Made by a program: the position numbers and the translations under genes
Assembly (NCBI RefSeq): GCF_964194155.1
Contig: NC_135887.1
Coordinates: forward strand, 25,668,001-25,732,000
Source: Cetorhinus maximus
Taxonomy: Eukaryota
Direction of reading: 5' to 3'
Length of the DNA: 64,000 nt
The notes under the pieces: model-generated
The model's input: only the letters and a program-made list of their open reading frames with translations
Told to the model about the DNA's origin: nothing
The model's database searches: none
In this document: one piece after another, positions 34,801 through 46,800 of the stretch
Layout of the letters: every line of letters begins with the position of its first letter
How positions within the stretch are numbered: position 1 is the first letter of the stretch

Positions 34801-37800
34801 TGGGCAGGAAAATGTCGATGTAGAAGATCAATCATGATCCTATTGAATGCCGGAGCAGACTCGGAGGGCTGAATGGTCTATTCCTGCTTCTATTTCTTGT
34901 GCTCATGCCCAACCCTGCTCCCTGGGTTCCTTTGTTCTGTTTTTGCAGTCTGTCCACTTCACTGTCGAGGATCTGTCCTTGCTCGAGGTTTTGAAGATTG
35001 GCAATCAGGGAAAGTTCTACCGAGCGAAGATCACACGTGGCAACTGCAAAGGGCATCGGCTAGTGACCTGCAAGCTGACAATGAGGAGTGAGTCATGGGC
35101 AATGGAGTTTGAACTTTGAACTCTGACCCTGTCTGGGTTACACAGTGTTGTGGGCTTTGCAGTAAGAAAGATTTGCATTTTGATAGCACCTTTCATTGCC
35201 TCAGGATGTCCCAAAATGCTTTACAGCAAATGAAGTTTATTAGAAATGTAGTCACTGTTGTAATGTAGGATATGTAGTCGCCAATTAGCGCACAACAAGA
35301 TTCCATAAATAAAATTGACTGGGACATCAGTTTCAGCGATGTTAGTTAACGCAAATACAATGGCCCCAGGAGCTCCCCGATCATCTTCAAAATAGCACCA
35401 TGGAATCATTTACATCCACCTGAGAGGGTAGAGTGGGCCGCGGCTTAATATACCACACCGAGCAGACCCTCCAACAGTGCAGCACTCCCTCAGTACTGAC
35501 CCTCCGACAGTGCAACTTTCTCTCAGTACTGACCCTCCAACAGTGCAGCATTCCCTCAGTACTGATCCCTCTGACAGTGCAGCACTCCCTCAGTACTGAC
35601 CCTCCAACAGTGCAGCATTCCCTCAGTACTGACCCTCTGACAGTGCAGCACTCCCTCAGTACTGACCCTCCAACAGTGCAGCATTCCCTCAGTACTGACC
35701 CTCTGACAGTGCAGCACTCCCTCAGTACTGACACACTGACAGTGCAGCACTCCCTCAGTACTGACCCTCCAACAGTGCAGCATTCCCTCAGTACTGATCC
35801 CTCTGAGAGTGCAGCGCTCCTTCAGTTTTGCTTTGGGGCTATGTGCCTGGATTATGTGTTTGCCGCCCTGTAGTGGGAATTGTGTCATGGCCATGTGACT
35901 TAGAGGAGGCAATGTTACCCATTAAGCTTTGGCAGACCCCTCTGAACCTGCTAACTCTGATGTTGCCTGGTTTATAATACATTGTAGCTGTACTCCAAAT
36001 CCCAGGCTCTGTTTAGGGGACATTGGATTCTTTATTCCCTCAATTTTTTCTCTCATATTCCATCCCAAAGTGATGACTGTTACTGGGCTACAGGTCCCAT
36101 GGGAGCTGAGCCTTGAGCTCCATTACTTATCTGATTACAGAATGAGTATAGCCAGGACATTGAGCCGTGAGGGAATCCCAGCCACATCTGAGATGGTCCT
36201 CCCAGTCAGTCCCCCATTTATTACCCCATTCAGTCCCCCATTCATTAGGCCCATTCAGTCCCTCATTCATTACCCCCATTCATTACCCCCATTCATAACC
36301 CCATTCATTACCCCCATTCAGTCCCCCATTCATTACCCCCATTCATTACCCCCATTCAGCCTCCCCATTCAGTCCCCCCATTAGTCCCCCCATTCATTAC
36401 CCCCATTCAGTCCCCCCATTCAGTCCCCCATTTATTACCCCCATTCAGTCCCCCATTCATTACCCCCATTCAGCCTCCCCATTCAGTCCCCCCATTAGTC
36501 CCCCCATTCATTACCCCCATTCAGTCCCACCATTTATTACCCCCATTCAGTCCCCTCATTCATTACCCCCATCCAGTCTCCCCATTCAGTCCCCCCATTC
36601 TGCCCCCACTTGGCTCTCTGGCTCCTGATCTCTGTGGCACTGAAGGGAACTCGGATCCTCTAATCCAATGACCTTGTGATTTGAATATGATATGAGTGCT
36701 GTGAGCACCAGCCTACATTCCACATTCCAACCCCCTGCCCCGTTATTGCATCAGTCTGTTATCAATGACTCTGCGCCATTTTAAAAACGTTTTTATTCCT
36801 TCATGGGACATGGGAGACACAGTGGGTATCCGCAATTGGCTCTGAGGTTGAGAAGTCCTGTCATTTTTGGACTGTGGCTTCAAGTCTCAGCAGAAACCAA
36901 GACTGGAGCTTCTTATTAATGGTAGCAAATGTCAAAACTAAGAGATGCTGAACTCTAACGCTAAGGGCATTGAACTCTAACTCCAGGGGTCTTGAACTCT
37001 AACCTGGGGCCACTGAGCTCTAACTCCAGGGGTGTTGAACATTAACCTTTCCCATTATCTCTCTGCCAGGTGTCTCCCAGAAGAAGCTGCAGTCAGAAAT
37101 CAACATCATGAACAAACTCGGCTATCACAAGAATGTCATTCAGCTCCTGCAATGGAACATAACACAAGGTAAATCAGTGGGGACAGTGGCAATGCCAGTG
37201 CGTGTGTGGGGGCCCATACCTCTGTGACCCTGTGATCTTGTATTTTACAGAGCCATACATACTGATAATGGAGCACGTAAGTCGGAATCTGAAGAGTCTT
37301 TTACAGAACAATAGACCACAGCTTTCCAGCTGCAAGGACCTGCAAACCCAACTGACATCAGCAGCGTATTTCATTTCACTGGGAATGGAACACCTCGCAT
37401 CGAAAAAGGTAAAGGTTCAGCTTGGCTCAGCACAGCTCGGTACTGTAGAGTAAAGGGTTAACATCAGAAACATACATGATGCTGATGTCATTATGATGTC
37501 AGATCACACGATTGAGAAGTAAGCGAGATCTGGAAGGTGGAGAAGCTCCAACCTCGTGTAAAGGTTGAAATGTGTAAATACTTGCTGTAAATAAACAGTA
37601 ATGGTTTTGAGAAACTACAGACTTGAGCAGCATACTTTGGGAGAATAGACAAACCCCAAAATGCCCGTCTAGTCCCCGATCACACAGTGAAACATGGTGC
37701 CAGCAAGGAAAAGACCCAGCAGACCTTAAAATGAAGGTACAGGGCTGGCAAGAAAAGAGATCCTCACAGGAAAGACAAAAGAAAGAAAAAAGACCCACCA

Positions 37801-40800
37801 AGATGTCATCGAAACATTATGGGAGCAGCAGATACAAGTGGAGACACAGACCCAGAGACCAGACAGCAGTGAGCACAGGCCTGAAGCAGCGAGCAGCGGC
37901 ACAGAAGCAGGAACAATTCCAGGGTTCAGCAGAAACATGGAATTCACATTAACACTCCCAGAACTATTTCAAAGTGCAACAGGCCCATAACTGGGATAAC
38001 TGGAGAAAAAGGTTCACAAGGTACCAAACTGCTTCAGGCTTACACAAAAAAAGAACAAAAGGACCAGGTCAGTACACTACTGTATGCAGTAGGATCTATC
38101 ACTGATGACTTGATAGTAAGACAGCGGGTTGATGAGACTTCAATTTCTTATGAAGAAGTCCTGCAAGCTTTCAACTCTTATTTCAGTGTCTGTCTGAATT
38201 TAATAATAGAGAGGGTTAAATTTAATAAAAGAAAGCAAGGACCTGGTGAAAGCATGGATTTGTTCATCAATGATCTCTGTAGGCTGGCAGGAAACTGCGA
38301 GTTTGGAACCTTAAAGGATGGGATGAATTGTAGTCGGGGTCCTAGGTGAAGCATTTTCAGATCTCTGACAGACAAGAGGGGATTAAACATTAGTGAAAGC
38401 AGAGCAGATTGTGAGACAAACAGAAATCAGGAAACAGAATTGGGCATTTGTTCGTGGGGAAGGAGAGATCCCATGGAGAAGGTCGAGTGAAACCATTTAG
38501 TTTGTAGGCCAATAGAGAGAAAGTGCGGCAAAGCCTAAGCCCACCAAAACAGGGAAAAGAGCACCATCCGCCATTTTGAAATGTCTTCGGTATGGCAGGA
38601 ACAAACTGCACAAACGAGAAGAATATCCAGAAGTGGCGGAATAATTGTGGATCCGGAAATTTTCCAGAGGACAAGGTCTCAGCCTAGAATGCATGGAAGG
38701 AGCAATATGCCATATGGGCGACATACTTATTCATGGCTCCGTGAGAGACGAGCATGATCGCAGAGTCAGAGCAGTCCTGAGAGTCTTACAGGATGCAGGC
38801 TTAACATCGAATGAAAAATGTGAGTTTGCCAAACCTAAGATCAAGTTTCTAGGTCACATGGTACAAGCCACTGGAATCATGGTTGATCCACAAAAAACAT
38901 AAGTAATCCGAGAATTTCCACAACCCAGGAACATAGCTGAGCTCCAGAGATTCCTCGGGATGGTCAGCCATGTAGGCAAGTTCCTACCAAATTTAGCAGA
39001 AGTCAACAAACCCTTGAGACAGTTGTTGAGACAGGGGCAACCGTGGAGCTGGGATGTGGACCAGCAAAATGCTTTTGATAGGATCAAACAACTTCTAATC
39101 TCTTCTGAAATCTTGGCACATTACGATCCAGAATAGTAGGGGCAGATACATCGTCTACAGGTCTGAGAGCAGTTTTATTTCAAGTGCAGAGAGACAGAAA
39201 GCGTAGACCAATCTACTATGTCTCTAGGTCACTAACAGAAACAGAACAATGATACGCCATGGTAGAAAAAGATGCTTTGGCAGCAACGTGGGCATGTGAA
39301 AAGTTTTCAGACTAGGTTATGGGATTGTGTTTCAAAATCGAAACAGACCATAAACCATTAGTCACTCTTCTGAACATGAAAGAAATTGCAAAGCTGCTGC
39401 CCAGAATCCAACGGTTCAGACTGAGATTGATGAGATATGACTCCATCACAGAGTATGTGCAAGGGAAGTATTGAACATTGGCACACACAATGGCCTGAAT
39501 TTTTAGGTCGGCGACCAGCCAGCGTGAAATGTGCGCTGAGAAGCTCAGCGCTGCTGGGGTGGGGGCAGGATGGCGGGCGCTGATGTCAGCTCAGGCACGG
39601 ATGAGCGCTGACAGAAAGCTCCCTGTAGGCGGAGAGCTGCCTCAGGGAGCTGAAGGCCTGAAAAGCATTAAATAGTTTTTAAAATCAGGAAAAAATGTGC
39701 AAACATCACAATCAGTCGCCTGAACATATACACGATAAAAATGCTGACCATAGATTTTTCTTTTTCTTTCATTTAATAACAGAAACCTCATCCTGCTCGT
39801 GGATGAGGTTTCATAAAAAATGCAAAGTCTTCCTGGCTGATTCGCCCGTCAGCCAACCATAAGGTTGGACGGACATGAAAAATTGAAGACAGTTGCACCT
39901 TTAATTACCTTAATGGGCCTCTTAATTGTCGGCGGATACGCACAAAAGTCGGAAGCACACCCACTGACTGGAATATCGCGCGAGCGAGGGATGACATCTG
40001 GACGCTCGCCTGATGTCATCTTGTGCAATTTTGTGTCCGATTGGATTGGGCCTGCACGCGCCCGCCGAGCTAAAACTTCTGCCCACTGTCACAAATATCA
40101 TCAGAAAGAACCAAACAAGAGGATTTACACTTTGTCAAGGAGGTTGAAGCATATAGATCCTTAATCACTCAGCACTTACCAGCTACTGCAAAAAAGTTGC
40201 AGGAAATAAAACAAGCCCCGAAACGAGATGAAGATTGTACTCTCCAAGTACAAGAGTATTGTCTGGGAGGATGGCCAGCCTACATCCCCACTAATCCAAT
40301 ACTACAGCAGTACTTTGAATAGTGCAAGCACCTCACAATTTATTAGTTTTCAATGAGAGAATAGTCATACCGAGAACACTTTGACTTGATATTCTTCAAA
40401 GCCTTCACCAAGGTCAACATATTGTGCAAGAGCACAGCAATCAGCCTGTTGGCTAGGCATTACAGGCTCCATGGCAGAAATTATTTCTAACTGTCTCTCT
40501 TGAGCTGTAAACAGCCAAGAACAAAAAGAACCACTATTACCTTCTACTTTTCCATGAAGGCCTTGGGACCACCTGGGAAAGGACTTGTTTGAATTTCGGA
40601 GGAAGACCTTCCTTATTTTCATTGTTTACCACTCACGGTAGATTGAAATAAACAGATTGCTTGTAATCACAGCTGAAGCAACCATCCAATCCCACAAGAG
40701 AATTGCATTCCAGACATTGTAGCATTTGACATTGGGCCACAATTTGCTGATGAGCTATTCCACAATTTTGAAACGAATATAACTTTGTTCATGTAACCAG

Positions 40801-43800
40801 TACACCTCGCTATCCTCAACTGAATGGAGAAGCTGAGAGAGGGATACGAACTGTTAAAGATTTATTGAAGAAAATTGAAGACCTTCATCTAGCTCTTCTG
40901 AGGTATTGAACCTCACCACTACAAAATGGTTTCTCACCATCAGAGTTATTAATGGATAGGAGATTGAGAACAGTTTCCATCTCTAGAGTAGAAACTCAAG
41001 CCCAATATGACCACGAGAGGATAAAACAGCATGAGGTAGAAGAAACAGCCAGGCTCAGGACTTTAATCAAAGGCATAGAACACGAGTCACCAGTGCTGAA
41101 AGGGAAAGAGTGGGGAAAGAGTACGGGTCTTAGACTAACAGAAGGAAGGCACAATCATTGAAAAAAAAACTCCCCAACCAAGATTGTACCGGATTGGGCC
41201 AGGACAGGGTATTGTAAGGAGAAACCACAGAGCCTTAATATCCTTAGAGAGAAAGCCAATAGAAACTTGGACTTACTATTCATATTCTGATGAAGAAGAA
41301 GAAAGACTTACCACAAGCTCTACAGCCACCCAGGAGAAGAACACTCAGACCGACAGAAGGGAGAAGGCGGAATATCCTCCACCTCAAAAGATCAGAATGA
41401 GATCAGGGAGGTTGGTCAAGGCACCTCAGAGACTAACCTTGTGAAGTCTGAGACTTTGTGGGAAGATGTAGGAGGAAGTAAATATGATAGGGATAAAGAC
41501 TTGGGGGGAGATGTAAAGTAAAGGATTCACATCAGATGATGATGCTGATGTAATAATGATGCCAGATCACATGACTGAGAAGTAAGCGAGATCTGGAAGG
41601 AGGAGAAGCTCCAACCTCGTGTAAAGGTTGAAATGTGTAAATACTTGCTGTAAATAAAGAGAAATGGTTTTGAGAAACTACAGACTCGAGCAGCATACTT
41701 TGGGAGAATAGACAAACCCCAAAACCCCTTTCTGGATCCCGACCACACAACGAAACAGGTACAACTCGGTACAGCTCAGCACAGCTTGGCTCGGCTTGGC
41801 ATGGCTCAGCTCAGAGCTGTATCAGAGTCCTGCATCTACCACTTGGGCTGTTATATGGTTATTTTATTCAGAAAGAGTTAGGAATTATATTGTTATGTGC
41901 ATGTATATGAATGCCACATCACTCACTACTGCACTACAATATGCCAAAGCTCCAATGTATCATTCTGCAGAAATACATTTGATGTCAGCTCCAGGATTTG
42001 TGTCGAAAAGTGTTGATTATTTCAAACTTCTGGGGACCACAAGACATAACGCAAACGCTGCGTCCAATGCTCTGACCCTGGGTCTAACTTTCTGCTGATT
42101 TTCTGTTGACAGATTGTTCACCGGGACTTAGCAGCAAGAAACATCTTGGTTGGTCGTTTTCCCCAGGAGTGTAAGATTGCAGAATTCAGCCTTGCAGTCG
42201 ATCTCTCCAACACTGCAGCCGTGAAGTGTAAGAAAGGAAGAGCGGTTAGTATATCCAGCAATAGCAAACCCACCACTCACTGAACAATCTGCCTCATCGG
42301 CTCCTGCTGACAGAATCCTGTGGGAACAGAACACATAGCCCAAAACTGGTGGGCTGCTTGAACAGCTGGGTTATGGGTGTGGGGAAGGATGGGAGAGAGG
42401 GGAGGAGAGGACTTTAACTACTGTTTCCATAATTACAGCAGACTTTCAGAGGGATGCAGAAGTGCACAGTCTGGAAAACAATAACACTGTGGTGAGACTG
42501 TGAGGAAACAGTCATCTGCCTGTCTGTGTAGGGTCGGCTGCAGGGAGCACAGGCAACAAATCCATTTCCAGTCAGGCAAGGATATCAATTCAGAGTGCAG
42601 AAGGCAGCAATATCTGAGCAGAGAGCAGACTGCCCCTTTAGCCAAGCACTGACGCTGGACAGAGCAGTTCAATGTGTCAGTGCCAGTACAGAAGAATAAA
42701 GTCGCAGGAACCAGTGCAGTTATTATTTCAGAAAATAGCATAAGTGTGCGAGGCTCTTTATGGTCATCAATGTCTCTGGCAGACTTGTCCCCACCACTAC
42801 CGTACCCCAATGTTACACAGCGACAGACCTGTCCCCACCAGTCCTGTACTCCAGTGTTATACAGTGACAGACCTGTCCCCACCAGTCCTGTACTCCAGTG
42901 TTATACAGTGACAGACCTGTCCCCACCAGTACTGTACCCCAGTGTTATACAGTGACAGACCTGTCCCCACCTGTACTGTACTCCAGTGTTATACAGTGAC
43001 AGACCTGTCCCCACCAGTCCTGTACTCCAGTGTTATACAGTGACAGACCTGTCCCCACCAGTACTGTACCCCAGTGTTATACAGTGACAGACCTGTCCCC
43101 ATCAGTCCTGTACCCCAGTGTTATACAGTGACAGACCTGTCCCCACCAGTACTGTACCCCAGTGTTATACAGTGACAGAGCTGTCCCCACCAGTACTGTT
43201 CCAGTGTTATGCAGTGACAGACCTGTCCCCACCAGTACTACACCCCAGTGTTATGCAGTGACAGATCTGTCCCCACCAGTGCTGTACCCCAGTGTTATAC
43301 AGTGACAGACCTGTCCCCACCAGTACAGTTCCCCAGTGTTATACAGTGACAGACCTGTCCCCACCAGTACTGTACCCGTGTTATAGTGACAGACCTGTCC
43401 CCACCAGTATTGCACCCCAGTGTTATGCAGTGAGAGCATAAGAAATCGGAACAGCAGTGAGCCAAAGAACCCATCGAGCCTTCTCTGCCATTGAATGAGA
43501 TCATGGCTGATCTGCTTATGGTCTTAACTCCACATTTCTCCCTGCCCCCCCATAACCCTCGACTCCTTTGTTGACCAAAAATCTGTCTAACTCACCCTTG
43601 AATATCTTTGCTGACCCAATCTCCACTGCTCTCTGAGTAAATTCCAAAATTAACTATGTCCTGAGGGAAGAAATTCCTCCTCATCCCCATCTTAAATGGG
43701 AGACCCCTTATTTTTAAACTGCCCCTACTTCTAGCTTCCCTCACAAGAGGAAACCGTCTCTCAGCATCTGCTCTATCAAGTCCCATTTGAATCTTACATG

Positions 43801-46800
43801 TTTCAATGTGATCACCTCTCATTCTTCTAAAGTCTTCTAAACAGTTCAATCTTTCCTCGTAAGACAACCCCTTCATCCCAGGAATCAGCCTGGTGAACCT
43901 TCTCCAAACTGCTTCCAATGCAAGTTTATCCCTCCTTAAATAGACAGATTAAAACCGCACACAATACACAATACTCTGGGTGCAGCCTCACCAATGCCCT
44001 GTACTCTTGGAGGAAGACTTCCCGACTTTTAAATCAATCCCTCTTGCAGTAAAGGGCAACATTCCATCAGCCTTCCCAGTTACTTGCTGCACCTGCAGAC
44101 TAACTTTGTGACCCATGAAGGTGTTCCCCACTCTCTCGTTACCCAGCTGCACAGACAGTGACCCTGTGACTGAAGGTTTGATCTTTCTCTGCAGAATCCA
44201 AGCATCCCATTCCGCTGGTACCCACCGGAATTCTTTACTGATGGGATTTACTCGCTCCACGGGGACGTCTGGGCATTCGGGATTCTGCTCTGGGAGTTGG
44301 AGACTTTGGGTAAGTGCAAGTCAGTGGAAACCATGGAAACATACGCACTTCCCAAGCCCAAGCACCAGAAATACCCCACACCCTCAAATCCCTGACACCC
44401 CCACAAATCCTCAAATCTCCAAATCCCCACACCATATCTTGCTCCCTGGCCCTCCAGGTGCATTCCATCCTCCATTCTGCCCGGCCCTACCCCTCTCCTG
44501 CTCCCCCTGCACGTCCCCTTCCCCCCTATTTCCTTCCTCCCATGCTCCCCCTCACCACATACTCCCACTCCCACATGCTCCTGCCCCCCGGTGCTCCCCC
44601 TGCCCCATACTCCCCCTCCCCTTCCCCATGTGTTATCCTGTGTACAGAATTTTGATTGCGCACTGTTTAAATATACAGAGAACAATGCAGAGTAGACACT
44701 CTTTATTGAACAGCCTGTGACCAACTCCTGGTTCCTTTGTCTCTGCAGGGAGTTCCCCATATCCGGAATTCGAGAGCGCCAAGCAGGTAGTGCTGAATGT
44801 TTGTGCCGGATACAAAATGAAGAAACCCCCCCATTGTCGAGATGAGATGTACGTGAGCAAACCTTAATTTTCTGCAGAGCGCCCAAAGACCCACCTTCCC
44901 TCACCCTCAGCTTCCCTCACCCTCCCTCATCCTCACCCTCCCTCATCCTCACCCTACCTCATCCTCACCCTCCCTCACCCCCCAACAACCTCCCCACAAC
45001 ACCCACCCTCCCTCTAACACCCACCCTCACCCTCCAACACCCCCCCCCCCCCCCCCCGCCATTGATCACTCCAAAATCCACTTTGCCCTTCCATCACCCC
45101 CCTCCCTCCCTCAGAGTGCTGCACTGTTGGAGGGTCAGTACAGAGGGAGCGCCACACCATCAGAAGATCAGCACTGAGGGTGTGCCACACTGTCAAAGGA
45201 ACAGTAATTGTGAACAATATTTATCCCGCAGCCAGCATCAATGAAACAGGTTATTTGGTCATTATAATGGATCTGTGTATGGGATGTTACTGAGTACCAA
45301 TTGTCCTGTGTCTCCTGCAATACAGCAGTAACAACACTTCCAACGTACACTTTTGGACATCCTGTGGATGTGAAAGGCTCTACAGAAATGCAGGGCATGA
45401 CTACGGTGGTCCTGATAATAACCAGATACTTGGTTTCATTGATGCTGGCTGCGGGTAACTGTTGGCCAAGGGGCTGAATTCCTGTGCTTAGGCTTATGAA
45501 CCTTTAGCTGTCCAGTGAGTCGCCATTTAATATCCCAGGAGCAGCAGATAGCATTTAATCGAGGAATCGTGGAGCTCCTCAAGGAAGGAGCTGGAATAGA
45601 CACGTCAATGTCACGGCCAAGGCCAGGAAATGGGCATCAGTGAAACCTGGAGAGACAGATTTACTCTGGATCAAGCCCCGTGCTATCCCTGTCCTGGGAG
45701 TGTTTGATGGGGACAGTGTAGAAGGAGCTTTACTCTGTATCTAACCTCGTGCTGTACCTGTCCTTGGAGTGTTTGATGGGGACAGTGTAGAGGGTTGGCG
45801 GTCCAGGTGTTTCTAAGAAATCTCTATTTTTTTCAGTTATGAGGTGATGGATTTTTGTTGGTCGCAGAGACATGAGGAGAGGCCGACACTCAGCGACATC
45901 ATGAAGTACCTGGAGGATCTGGTGGAGAATGATGCAGTGAGTAGTTGGCTAATCCTTCGGCTGCAGACTGAAGCAGACTCAGTGGGGATTTCTTACTCCA
46001 GGTCCCATCTCCACTGACTTAGTCCATGTGGAGTTGAGGTCATTCCAAGCAGCTTTCCTCTGGGAGTGGAGCTAGTGGATGGGGGTCAACAGTCCAGCTT
46101 TCTGATCTTCATTTCCCTCTTACTGAGTGTGTGGATATCAGCTGATCATAACTCCAGTTTCGTGAGATACCACAGGGAACTGTCCCCAAGTGAGAGTCAG
46201 CACCTTCAGGGACTGTCCCCCAGTGGGAGTCAGCACCTTCAGGAACTGTCCCCCAGTGAGAGTCAGCACCTTCAGGAACTGTCCCCCAGTGAGAGTCAGC
46301 ACCTTCAGGAACTGTCCCCCAGTGAGAGTCAGCACCTTCAGGAACTGTCCCCCAGTGAGAGTCAGCACCTTCAGGAACTGTCCCCCAGTGAGAGTCAGCA
46401 CCTTCAGGGACTGTCCCCCAGTGGGAGTCAGCACCTTCAGGAACTGTCCCCCAGTGAGAGTCAGCACCTTCAGGAACTGTCCCCCAGTGGGAGTCAGCAC
46501 CTTCAGGAACTGTCCCCCAGTGAGAGTCAGCACCTTCAGGAACTGTCCCCCAGTGAGAGTCAGCACCTTCAGGAACTGCCCCAGAGTGAGAGTCAGCACC
46601 TTCAGGAACTGGCCCCCCAGTGAGAATTGTTCATTTCAGAAGAAAGTTATTATGATATGCATCCTGGCTCTAAGTGTGGATCCTGACTAACACTCCAATC
46701 CCTTTCTCTCCAGGATTACATTCAGGTGGATGACTGCATTGAGCAATATCAGCTGCTGAACACATCCCCGCCTTGGACCCTGCCTCAACCTGCCTATGTT

